This document shows positions 56,213-64,000 of a stretch of DNA of 64,000 nt, in pieces. Positions within the stretch are counted from its first letter, which is position 1, and each line of letters opens with the position of its first letter. Position numbers and translations under genes: made by a program. Under the pieces are notes generated by a model, which did not search any database, was not told the DNA's origin, and saw only the letters and a list, made by a program, of their open reading frames with translations. The DNA is from Bacteroidia bacterium (GTDB taxonomy: Bacteria; Bacteroidota; Bacteroidia; AKYH767-A; OLB10), in the NCBI GenBank assembly GCA_016788185.1, contig JAEUTF010000128.1, forward strand, positions 16,500-80,499, written 5' to 3'.

Positions 56213-56554
56213 TTATTCTATCGTGGCGCTCAGCCCACGGTCAAGCAAAGCTTCACACATTGGACGAAGTCGTGCAAAATTACCTTCTTTCACGGAACAT
56301 TTTCCGTTATGGTGCACAATAAGTGAACATTGTTCCGCCTGATCACGGTCATGATTGCAAATGGAAATCAGGCTTTCAATGACCCAGTCAAAGGTATTCA
56401 CTTCGTCATTGTAAAGAACTAAATGACTGTCTTTACGAACTTCCTCTTCCAGGAGCAGTTCGTCCTGTTCAAATGGTTTGAACGTATTTCCCATGTCTTT
56501 TTTATCAATACTCAAAGGTAAATAGTTCATTCCTTTTCTGGCTGTTTTTTTCAT
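56213..56554 (-). CDS. clpS: ATP-dependent Clp protease adaptor ClpS
   Basis: VLYNDEVNTFDWVIESLISICNHDRDQAEQCSLIVHHNGKCSVKEG is a canonical ClpS core. The start is uncertain (ATG at 56554, 56530 or 56494). Confidence 0.88.
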   Translation of the reverse strand: MKKTARKGMNYLPLSIDKKDMGNTFKPFEQDELLLEEEVRKDSHLVLYNDEVNTFDWVIESLISICNHDRDQAEQCSLIVHHNGKCSVKEGNFARLRPMCEALLDRGLSATIE

Positions 56555-56568
56555 TAACAAAAGGATAT

Positions 56569-56612
56569 AAAACGAAAAGCAGCACTGTACGCACAGTGCT
56601 GCTTTTCGTTTT
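56569..56612 (-). terminator. Terminator hairpin after the SPOR-domain gene
   Basis: 20-bp perfect palindrome aaaacgaaaagcagcactgt / acagtgctgcttttcgtttt with a 4-nt loop, 14 nt downstream of the stop at 56626. Confidence 0.8.
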
Positions 56613-56625
56613 ATATTACTGATAA

Positions 56626-58542
56626 TTAGTTATTTACATTGCCTTTCCCGGTAAGATTAATGGCTTCCTGAAGTTTCATGGGCTTATTGTTGCGGAAAGC
56701 CACCACAAAAGCATCGCTGAAGCCTGCCTGTTTCAAGGTTTCACGCAGGTTTTTCGCGGATTTATACTGAACCTCACCACCCATAAAGAATCGCAACCAG
56801 GTGAGATCATCGTAACTGCTCAGCATGGATTTATCGGTTTTCTTTTCCAGACGTTGCAGTACCACTTCACGGTTGTGTTTGCGGAATGCCCCAATCTGTA
56901 CTTTAAAAACAATACCCTGAAGGTTTACCGACATTTCACTGTTATGGATACCCGTATTGTCGGGATTCATGCTGTTCATGTCAAGGGGGCCGGTAGGATT
57001 ATTTTTCCGCGCCTCTGCGATCATCTCCGGAGTGTAACCGCTCACCTTCATGGCAGCGATTTCAGCTTCTGAGAACTTCACGCCGGTCGTGCTGGTTTCT
57101 TCTTCGTCGGTATTGGCCATCAGGGTTTCGTCGATCAAGCCTGACTCCGTCAGTCTCCGGTTGGCAATGGCCATGTCCTCCATTCCATTGACACTACGAC
57201 TCAGGAAAATATCCTGTACGTAAATCCGGTCGCTGAACTCTCCAAACCTGATTTCTTCCGTATGCGGATTAAAGCCGTCGGCTTCAATGCGGAAGGCATA
57301 GGTACCCGGTCCGGGTAACTCGATGGCATAGGCTCCGTTGATGGAGTCGGTCATGACATCCGATACGATGTTCTGCTCACCGTCGCGGGTGACCACGAGG
57401 TGTATTTTCTTAAGGCCGGGCTGGCCTACACAATTGAATTTTCCATTGATGGCGATCGGAAGTTCTTCCGTATTGGAGTAGGGGACCTTGTACACGGTAA
57501 AGGTTCCGGGAGCCGTTTCACGCTGACTGGTGAAATATGCGGTTTGTTCCTGGGTAGAGGCTACAAAACAAAAATCATCGTCGGGCGAGTTGTACGGACT
57601 CCCCATGTTTTCAGGCTTTGTCCAGGTTTTGCTCACGGTATTGTAATAGGTTTTGAAAATATCGAAACCACCGGTCGAGGAATGTCCGCGTGAGCTGAAA
57701 TACAGGATACGACCATCGGAGTTGCAGGTGGGGAAAAGTTCATCCTGGGGTCCGTTTACCATCCGGTCAATGGCCACCGGTGCTGTCCAGTTTCCGTCAA
57801 TATCCTTTTCAACCCGGAAAATATCGCGACTGTTGGTTTCCGGATTCAGGGAGCTATAATACATGACACGACCGTTGGCACTCAGAAAAATCGTAGGCCG
57901 CTCTTCCTTTTCGGATTTGGAAGCCTGAATCATTTCATCCGGCATACTCAGCAATTTTCCGTTCGGATTGTTGAAGGCGTATTTATTGTAAAAATCATAG
58001 GCGGCACTTTCTGTTCGTTCACTGATGGCGGCGAGTTTGGTGGTATCCAGAAACTGTTTGGCATGGTTACACATCTCCATCAGTTGCGGAGTACCCCAGC
58101 GTGGAGCATTGCGGGCGCCTATGATGCCGTTAAACTCAACAAACGAACGCATGGCTTCATCAAAACGGTAGGTGTAATGAAGGGCGCGGCCGATGTAATA
58201 ATAAATATCTTCAGGTGTTTTCGGATTCTGCAATGCCATTTCAAGGTAAGGCAGGCACTGTCTTTTATCTTTTCCGGTAATCAGCAGGCAAATACCGTAA
58301 TAGTAATTGTACTTGAAATTTTTTGGATTGCTGCTGACTAATTGCGCATAAAGCGGGGAGGCTTTATCATATTGCTTGGCCAGAAAAAGTTTTTCCGCAG
58401 CTCTGGCGCGCGCATGTTCAGAAACTCCACCGGCCTTGATGACACCTGATGAAATAAAGAAGGCCGATAAAATCAGCACAACCCTAACGATCTTATTTTT
58501 CATATTCCGCATTGGTTTTAACGCCCCCTCTATACGCCTCAA
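56626..58542 (-). CDS. Exported TPR / PD40 (WD40-like beta-propeller) repeat protein with C-terminal SPOR domain
   Basis: Signal peptide and TPR-like N-terminus. PD40-like repeats (...YFSS.R....GG.DIF...). Carboxypeptidase-regulatory-like segment. C-terminal VFKVQIGAFRKHN...GF.DAFVVAF is SPOR-like. Confidence 0.8.
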   Translation of the reverse strand: MRRIEGALKPMRNMKNKIVRVVLILSAFFISSGVIKAGGVSEHARARAAEKLFLAKQYDKASPLYAQLVSSNPKNFKYNYYYGICLLITGKDKRQCLPYLEMALQNPKTPEDIYYYIGRALHYTYRFDEAMRSFVEFNGIIGARNAPRWGTPQLMEMCNHAKQFLDTTKLAAISERTESAAYDFYNKYAFNNPNGKLLSMPDEMIQASKSEKEERPTIFLSANGRVMYYSSLNPETNSRDIFRVEKDIDGNWTAPVAIDRMVNGPQDELFPTCNSDGRILYFSSRGHSSTGGFDIFKTYYNTVSKTWTKPENMGSPYNSPDDDFCFVASTQEQTAYFTSQRETAPGTFTVYKVPYSNTEELPIAINGKFNCVGQPGLKKIHLVVTRDGEQNIVSDVMTDSINGAYAIELPGPGTYAFRIEADGFNPHTEEIRFGEFSDRIYVQDIFLSRSVNGMEDMAIANRRLTESGLIDETLMANTDEEETSTTGVKFSEAEIAAMKVSGYTPEMIAEARKNNPTGPLDMNSMNPDNTGIHNSEMSVNLQGIVFKVQIGAFRKHNREVVLQRLEKKTDKSMLSSYDDLTWLRFFMGGEVQYKSAKNLRETLKQAGFSDAFVVAFRNNKPMKLQEAINLTGKGNVNN

Positions 58543-58715
58543 ACCATTCAGCGGTTACATACAGGTAAAATCCCGCCTGTTTTTTTCACAGAAAAACTGC
58601 TTAAATCTTACAAAAAGACTTAGACCAATGGACCGTAAAATTTACAATAAAATTGTTGGAAATCAGAATGATAGCATGATCACACCAAGGCCCGCAAGCT
58701 AAAAACCTTACCGAT

Positions 58716-59357
58716 TCAGCCCATTTTACGGCGCTGCAGAAAACCTACTTTGCCCTCTTCACCACGCAAAAGCCGTTCAATATTTTTCTGGTGCGTAATC
58801 AATACCAGGACACAAACAAAAATGGCAAAGATGTTTAATCCCTGAACGGTTTCATGGTAAATAAACATGATGGAAATAGGAAAGGTGAGTGCCGCCATCA
58901 TGGAACTGAGAGACACATATTGACTCAGCATCAGGGTCACCATAAACACCCCGATGCAAATCAAGGCGGCGCCGATATGAACCGCGCATAAAATACCCAG
59001 TAGCGTTGCCACTCCCTTGCCACCCCTGAAACCAGCAAAAAGCGGAAAAATATGCCCCATCAAAGCTGCCAGGCCGAGTGATAATTCCAGATTAATAAAC
59101 TGCTGGGAATCCGGCAAGTACTTCACACCCAACCATACCAACTTAACGGCTAAAAAACCTTTCAGTATATCCAGGATGAGTACCGGTAAACCGGCCTTTT
59201 TTCCCAAAACACGAAAGGTATTGGTGGCCCCGGCATTCCCGCTGCCGTAATCACGTACGTCAATTCCATAGAGCATTTTACCGATCCAGACGGCCGATGG
59301 AATGGATCCCATCATGTAGGCCAGCAGGACCAGGCTGAGGTTGGTAAAACTGATCAT
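58716..59357 (-). CDS. plsY: Glycerol-3-phosphate acyltransferase PlsY
   Basis: GSIPSAVWIGK...DVRDYGSGNAGATN, FKGGKGVAT and multiple TM helices. Confidence 0.95.
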   Translation of the reverse strand: MISFTNLSLVLLAYMMGSIPSAVWIGKMLYGIDVRDYGSGNAGATNTFRVLGKKAGLPVLILDILKGFLAVKLVWLGVKYLPDSQQFINLELSLGLAALMGHIFPLFAGFRGGKGVATLLGILCAVHIGAALICIGVFMVTLMLSQYVSLSSMMAALTFPISIMFIYHETVQGLNIFAIFVCVLVLITHQKNIERLLRGEEGKVGFLQRRKMG

Positions 59358-59505
59358 ACGTTGCCAAATATATTAATTAATGCCGTTCAGGGTCTTTTAC
59401 CGTTTCAAATGAACGCCAAAAGCCCTTGTAAGGTATTTGTTTTCAGATTATTGGTTAAATACAGGGCAGTCGCGTGTCCACCTTGATGAGTAACCTTTTT
59501 CCTGA

Positions 59506-62500
59506 TTACTGGCCCAGGAAGCGCTTTACAAACTCGGCTTTTTTCCGGTCGGTACTTAGCATGAATTCATAAGCCGGCGTATCACCCTTGGATTCAGCAA
59601 CCCGCTTTTCAGGTTTCATGTTATTGATGGCATCGTTGAACTTGCTGTCGGACGAAATGGACTGCATGATACCTCTCGAATAATTGAAATACCACCAGGT
59701 GGCGTTATCCGACTCCAGATACAGATTAAAGACTTCACTTCCTCTCTTGCGCTGGATCTCAAAGTAGCCTTTTACTTGCCGGTTGATGCTTTCCTTGCCG
59801 ATGAATCCGATGCCGATGGGCCCGCTCGATCTGTACGCCTGGCTCTCTTTATCCCAGTAGAGTTTTAAATCGCTCAGGAAGATCGTTTGCTGCAATTCCT
59901 GTGGCAGTCGCTTTGGAGCACCGTATAAGCTGTATTCTGAAATCATTTTGTCGGTCTTTTCTATGCCAACAATTTCCTTCATCCCGCGTACCCAGGTAGT
60001 ACGGGTATCATCGCTTGGCTTTAAGGTGGGATTGCCAGTGATCAACTCCGTCATGCTTTTCATGGCATCGTTGTTAAACATGAAATCTAATCCGACTAAA
60101 AGATCAAAAGTGGTGGAGTCGTTGTTGGTGTTGTTGGTGACATTCCCTACCACCATCATTTTAAACTGACCGAAATTGGTGGCCAGATTCATTTTACCCT
60201 CACCGTAAACGGTGCAATTGGCATCATTCAGCTGAACCAGGTTACCCGGTGCATCCGGCGATTTGATTTTATCGGGATTGGTTACTTTATATACCTTGGC
60301 TTTGGGATCGTAGGACAATACACCATTGGCGGTAATCAGGTCAGCGTCCGCACCTCTCTTCTTGGGTGAGAGGAAAGAAGAATAAAAACCAGTGCTGTCG
60401 GAGGAGAGGGATATGGCTACAGCGAGTTTTTCATAATTCTCATTTTTCGGCTCTGTGATGGGAATGTTCACCCCGTTCGGGTCGATATCACTCTTAAAAC
60501 TGAACCAGTTGGCCGGCAGTTTTTCAGCGCACTGATGATTAACCCTCGCAAATCCTTCGAAGTTTAACAGAGGATTGGCCGCCATGATGTTTACGCCTCC
60601 CTTGTACTGGATATTCGTGCTCAGCAGGAAGTTGCTTGAATCGGCAATCACCCCGTTGGCATAGGTCTGAAGCGAGGTGTCGATGGCAATTCTTTGCAAC
60701 TGTATCAAATGCTTCACCTTTGCCTGATCGGTGTAGGCGTATTTTCCGGTGGCCGTGTAGCTCTTTCTGCCCAGTACATTGACCGTAGCATCGCTGATCA
60801 TATGATACCTGGTACTGGTGTTGGCCACTATTTTCGCCTCTTGCAACGGACGCATCACCGCATTTCTTTCGATCACGATGGTGGAACTGTCGTTCGGCTG
60901 GATGGAGGCGTCGGCAACAAGAATCTCTTTTACCTTCCGGGCTTTGATCAGGTAATCGATCAGGCTGTATCGTGCCAGCCCGGCGTTCCAGCGGAGCGAA
61001 TCCTGAAACGGATTGATGGAGACAAAATCGGATCCTTCGATATTGAGCTTCGTATTGTCCTTGTAGTCTTCCCCGAATTCAACTTCCTGCTTGTCGATGA
61101 ACCATTTGAACTGGGCAATGTAGCAGATGTACTGGTTAAGCGGGAAACTCACGAAGGAGCCCTTCCCGTTTGAAATAAAATCACCGAAACGTTTCACCAG
61201 GTCGATGCGTGATTTCACGTTTCGCGTCTGGATGGCCAGTACGCTGGCATCGTCTGACTTGAGTTTAAAGTCAGACGTATCAGCACCATAGGCATCCTGC
61301 TTGAACCAGAAATCTTTGGAATACAACTCAGATTCCAAAAAATAGGAATCTCCGTTACCGCCCAGTCCTTTGGCAGCCAGCACCAGGTTGCCATCCACAC
61401 TAACGGTTTTATCGTAAACCTCCAGGTTGCTGCTTTGTTTAAACACATACATTTTGTCTTCGCGGGGACGCCAGTTGATATAGGTATCGGAACCATTGGC
61501 CTGTGGAAATCCTACACCGGCAATCGTTTCTTTCCGCAGCTCCCACTGCGCCTTGCCGAGATTCGTGGAGTCCGGGAAAAAGAGAATATCCTTCGACTCC
61601 GACAAGGAACTGAGGTATTCTACTTTTCCATCGCCTTTCAGTCCCGCATAGCTCAGGTCGATATGGTTGAAATACCTGCCTTTTCCTCCATACATGGCAT
61701 ATCCCTCAGGCGGACTCTCCCGTTCAAATCCAAAGGAATAATCAGGCCGGATAATGGCGGTTTCGGCAATGGTGGGGAAGATCCCGGCCGACTCGAAATT
61801 CCCCTGAAACTTCAGACCTCCTGCCGAAAAATTATCCAGTGAATCAATCGTAAAGGGATCCATCTTGAAATAGAACTTGTCACGGGAGTACACTCCGTTA
61901 TAAATGGAGGGATGGTCATAGTAAACAAAGGCTTCCTTGTCGCTGACAAAAACAGGGTAGGGGGGATAACTCTTCCTGCTTGATTTGTTGCTGAGGCTGT
62001 CAATAAAAATTTTCCCGGTAACATTCTGAAGGGTACTCTTGAGGGGGATGAGTTTGGGATTTCCATTCTCATCAAATTCCGTGTCGGAAACCACCTTCAA
62101 CCGGATGGAATCGACATTGGCCAGGTCGATTCTGAACTGATCGTACAGAAACTTGAACTTTTTGCCATAGAAATCACTGCGCCCGGCATGCACCCTCCCG
62201 TTGAACTCAAAGTCACGGTTTTTCAGCAGACGCATTTCCTGGTTGACCGGAGCAATCCATACTTGCTGTGAATCACTGAGTAAAATCCGTCCTACTCCCT
62301 GCAGATCCATTTCAAAATTCATCAGGTTGAGCTTGGCGTTGGGGATCGCCGAAATCACCGACTCGATCTCAATTTTATCGTAATCGGTTTTATTGCTTCG
62401 GGCAGCCAGGTAGTAATACAATTTGTCGTTGATGGTGGCCACATCCTCTTCAAAATCATAACTGACAAAACCCTTGTTGGCCAGAAAAATAATCAGTGAG

Positions 62501-63951
62501 CGCGCCTGCTGATCACTGACCCGCATGTACTTCGCCAGTTCCACAGGATAAATGTAACGGCTGGTTTTTTCCGCATACTGCTTCAAGGTAAACAATGGAC
62601 TGACATCTGAAATGCCCTGTATTTTCTGAAAGCGTTCATCGGTATACAGGTTGTTCGATTCCAGCACCATTTTACTTTCTCCCTGTCCGCTGAGCATTTT
62701 TAACTCCATCAAAGGATTGTCAATTTTCCAGTAAATGGCATCTACATACATGTCCATCTGGTGGAAAGAATTGAAAAAGGGCATGGTGATACCCGAATTG
62801 GATGAACGGATAAGACTCAGCTCACGATCCTTGCTGATGTATTTCATTTCAAGGGAAGGATGGTACAGGGAATCCTTATCAAAATAGCAAACGAAGGAGG
62901 CATTGTCGGAACTGATCCGGTCGGGTTTTACCACGAAACTCCTCGATGAAACCACCAGAAATGCTTTCTTGTCGCGTTTAAAAGTGAGGGTGGCCTTTTG
63001 TTCTTTGGTACCGGCGCCTATCATTTTATTACCCTGCTGGGCAAAGCCCCCCAGGTAATCCGCATCCTTAACAATCTCCTTGATGCCCAGCTTTAAATCG
63101 TAGGACATGAAGCGAGGATAGCTGGCATTCTCGGGATTCACATTGGCCAGGATCTTATCCACCACTTTCCCCCTGAGCGGTTCTTTGAAGAGCTGTTTGT
63201 TGTAAAATACGGCGCTGTCGGTACCCCATTCCGAACTGGTCAGGTCAACCGTGGTGGTGAGAAGATCGGCATACACCACCGCCGGATTCAGGCCGGCCCG
63301 GGTCCAGTACAATTTACCCCCGGTACCAACAAAGGTTTTACTGAGTGGATAATAATACCCTTTTATACCGCTGATGATGCTGCTGTCATTCTTGGCATAA
63401 CAACTGAGATCCATCGATGGAAAACTGATCCGCGGCACTGTATCAAATTCAAAGAGGTAATTACCGGTACTGGCAACCCATTTTGTTGAACCTGACTCGT
63501 ACAAAACGTTAGCCACAAAGAGTCCGGCCACATTCTCGATGTAATCGCTGTAACGCTTTGATGATCCCGTAAGCATCTTTTCCAAACTGTTGTGCCAGTT
63601 CAAAAACACCTGGTTATCGCGCCCTGAACGGATAAACGCCATCAGGGCGGCCACATAATTGCTGAAGTCTGGATAGGGCTTCATCCGTTTCTTCAGCATG
63701 TTATTGGCGGTAGTGATCACGGTCCTTTGCTGCTCACCGTTAAACCGTGGCTCTTTCAACCAAACCTCCTCAAAGGCGTCCATCACTTTTTCCGTCTCTT
63801 TCTTGTTGGTGAGCTCCATATAGCCTTTCAACTCCTTGAAAAATACGGCCGGGTCATTGCTGAATGATTTTGGGGCCTGCCCCTGACACTCAGCGAGTGT
63901 GAGAAACAGGAATAGAGCCAACAGGATATTTTTAATACATGGCATGCACAT
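59506..63951 (-). CDS. Large (1481 aa) exported hypothetical protein
   Basis: Uninterrupted ORF with a signal peptide (LALFLFLTLAECQGQ). Predicted beta-rich, with no motif I can assign. Confidence 0.8.
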   Translation of the reverse strand: MCMPCIKNILLALFLFLTLAECQGQAPKSFSNDPAVFFKELKGYMELTNKKETEKVMDAFEEVWLKEPRFNGEQQRTVITTANNMLKKRMKPYPDFSNYVAALMAFIRSGRDNQVFLNWHNSLEKMLTGSSKRYSDYIENVAGLFVANVLYESGSTKWVASTGNYLFEFDTVPRISFPSMDLSCYAKNDSSIISGIKGYYYPLSKTFVGTGGKLYWTRAGLNPAVVYADLLTTTVDLTSSEWGTDSAVFYNKQLFKEPLRGKVVDKILANVNPENASYPRFMSYDLKLGIKEIVKDADYLGGFAQQGNKMIGAGTKEQKATLTFKRDKKAFLVVSSRSFVVKPDRISSDNASFVCYFDKDSLYHPSLEMKYISKDRELSLIRSSNSGITMPFFNSFHQMDMYVDAIYWKIDNPLMELKMLSGQGESKMVLESNNLYTDERFQKIQGISDVSPLFTLKQYAEKTSRYIYPVELAKYMRVSDQQARSLIIFLANKGFVSYDFEEDVATINDKLYYYLAARSNKTDYDKIEIESVISAIPNAKLNLMNFEMDLQGVGRILLSDSQQVWIAPVNQEMRLLKNRDFEFNGRVHAGRSDFYGKKFKFLYDQFRIDLANVDSIRLKVVSDTEFDENGNPKLIPLKSTLQNVTGKIFIDSLSNKSSRKSYPPYPVFVSDKEAFVYYDHPSIYNGVYSRDKFYFKMDPFTIDSLDNFSAGGLKFQGNFESAGIFPTIAETAIIRPDYSFGFERESPPEGYAMYGGKGRYFNHIDLSYAGLKGDGKVEYLSSLSESKDILFFPDSTNLGKAQWELRKETIAGVGFPQANGSDTYINWRPREDKMYVFKQSSNLEVYDKTVSVDGNLVLAAKGLGGNGDSYFLESELYSKDFWFKQDAYGADTSDFKLKSDDASVLAIQTRNVKSRIDLVKRFGDFISNGKGSFVSFPLNQYICYIAQFKWFIDKQEVEFGEDYKDNTKLNIEGSDFVSINPFQDSLRWNAGLARYSLIDYLIKARKVKEILVADASIQPNDSSTIVIERNAVMRPLQEAKIVANTSTRYHMISDATVNVLGRKSYTATGKYAYTDQAKVKHLIQLQRIAIDTSLQTYANGVIADSSNFLLSTNIQYKGGVNIMAANPLLNFEGFARVNHQCAEKLPANWFSFKSDIDPNGVNIPITEPKNENYEKLAVAISLSSDSTGFYSSFLSPKKRGADADLITANGVLSYDPKAKVYKVTNPDKIKSPDAPGNLVQLNDANCTVYGEGKMNLATNFGQFKMMVVGNVTNNTNNDSTTFDLLVGLDFMFNNDAMKSMTELITGNPTLKPSDDTRTTWVRGMKEIVGIEKTDKMISEYSLYGAPKRLPQELQQTIFLSDLKLYWDKESQAYRSSGPIGIGFIGKESINRQVKGYFEIQRKRGSEVFNLYLESDNATWWYFNYSRGIMQSISSDSKFNDAINNMKPEKRVAESKGDTPAYEFMLSTDRKKAEFVKRFLGQ

Positions 63952-64000
63952 CGCTTACATCATTTAACGGAACCCGGAGGCCCCTGGTATAATTTTGATC

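Noticed and set aside
58376-58702. 108-aa plus-strand ORF spanning the gap between the SPOR-domain gene and plsY
   Set aside because: Half of it is antisense to the 5' end of the SPOR-domain gene. The rest is low-complexity intergenic sequence. It has no motif or plausible signal, so it is probably non-coding promoter region for the minus-strand gene.

Overview
The window looks like a chromosomal segment of a Bacteroidota genome. The evidence is T9SS C-terminal sorting domains, SprB-type repeats, TAnnTTTG-type promoter boxes and no obvious Shine-Dalgarno sites. I found no transposase, integrase, CRISPR array or recognisable defence cassette.

Most of the window is housekeeping:
- translation and RNA metabolism: rpsA, an EF-G paralogue, rplS, RNase Z, RNase Y, tRNA-Arg(ACG)
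- pyrimidine synthesis: pyrR-pyrB
- envelope, division and membrane: zapA, LolD-like ATPase, LptF/G permease, plsY
- stress and proteolysis: floA-nfeD, clpS, Hsp20, a CDF transporter, Usp

Two accessory blocks stand out:
1. An 11-gene minus-strand Wzx/Wzy-type polysaccharide locus at 12.6-23.6 kb. It contains two enzymes I cannot assign.
2. An 11.9 kb ORF (40897-52794) encoding a 3965-aa mosaic surface protein. Five consecutive SprB-type repeats are each split at the same loop by a different inserted domain: a MAM/anchor-J-like module, a Cys-rich module, an ALK/LTK-type glycine-rich domain, a PA domain and an unassigned module. The protein ends in a MopE-like metal motif plus a dockerin-like duplicated Ca-loop rather than a T9SS sorting domain. 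This is the most unusual thing I can see.

Other items worth a second look:
- a ~170-nt structured RNA candidate between zapA and rny, in a 6S-like position
- an EF-G paralogue with the catalytic His of DTPGH replaced by Leu
- tandem T9SS cargo paralogues, one carrying a CxxCH motif
- a histone-H1-like Lys/Ala-rich protein fused to a START-like domain
- a shared extended promoter in front of rpsA and tRNA-Arg

All calls come from reading the translations and sequence by eye. No searches or folding were run.
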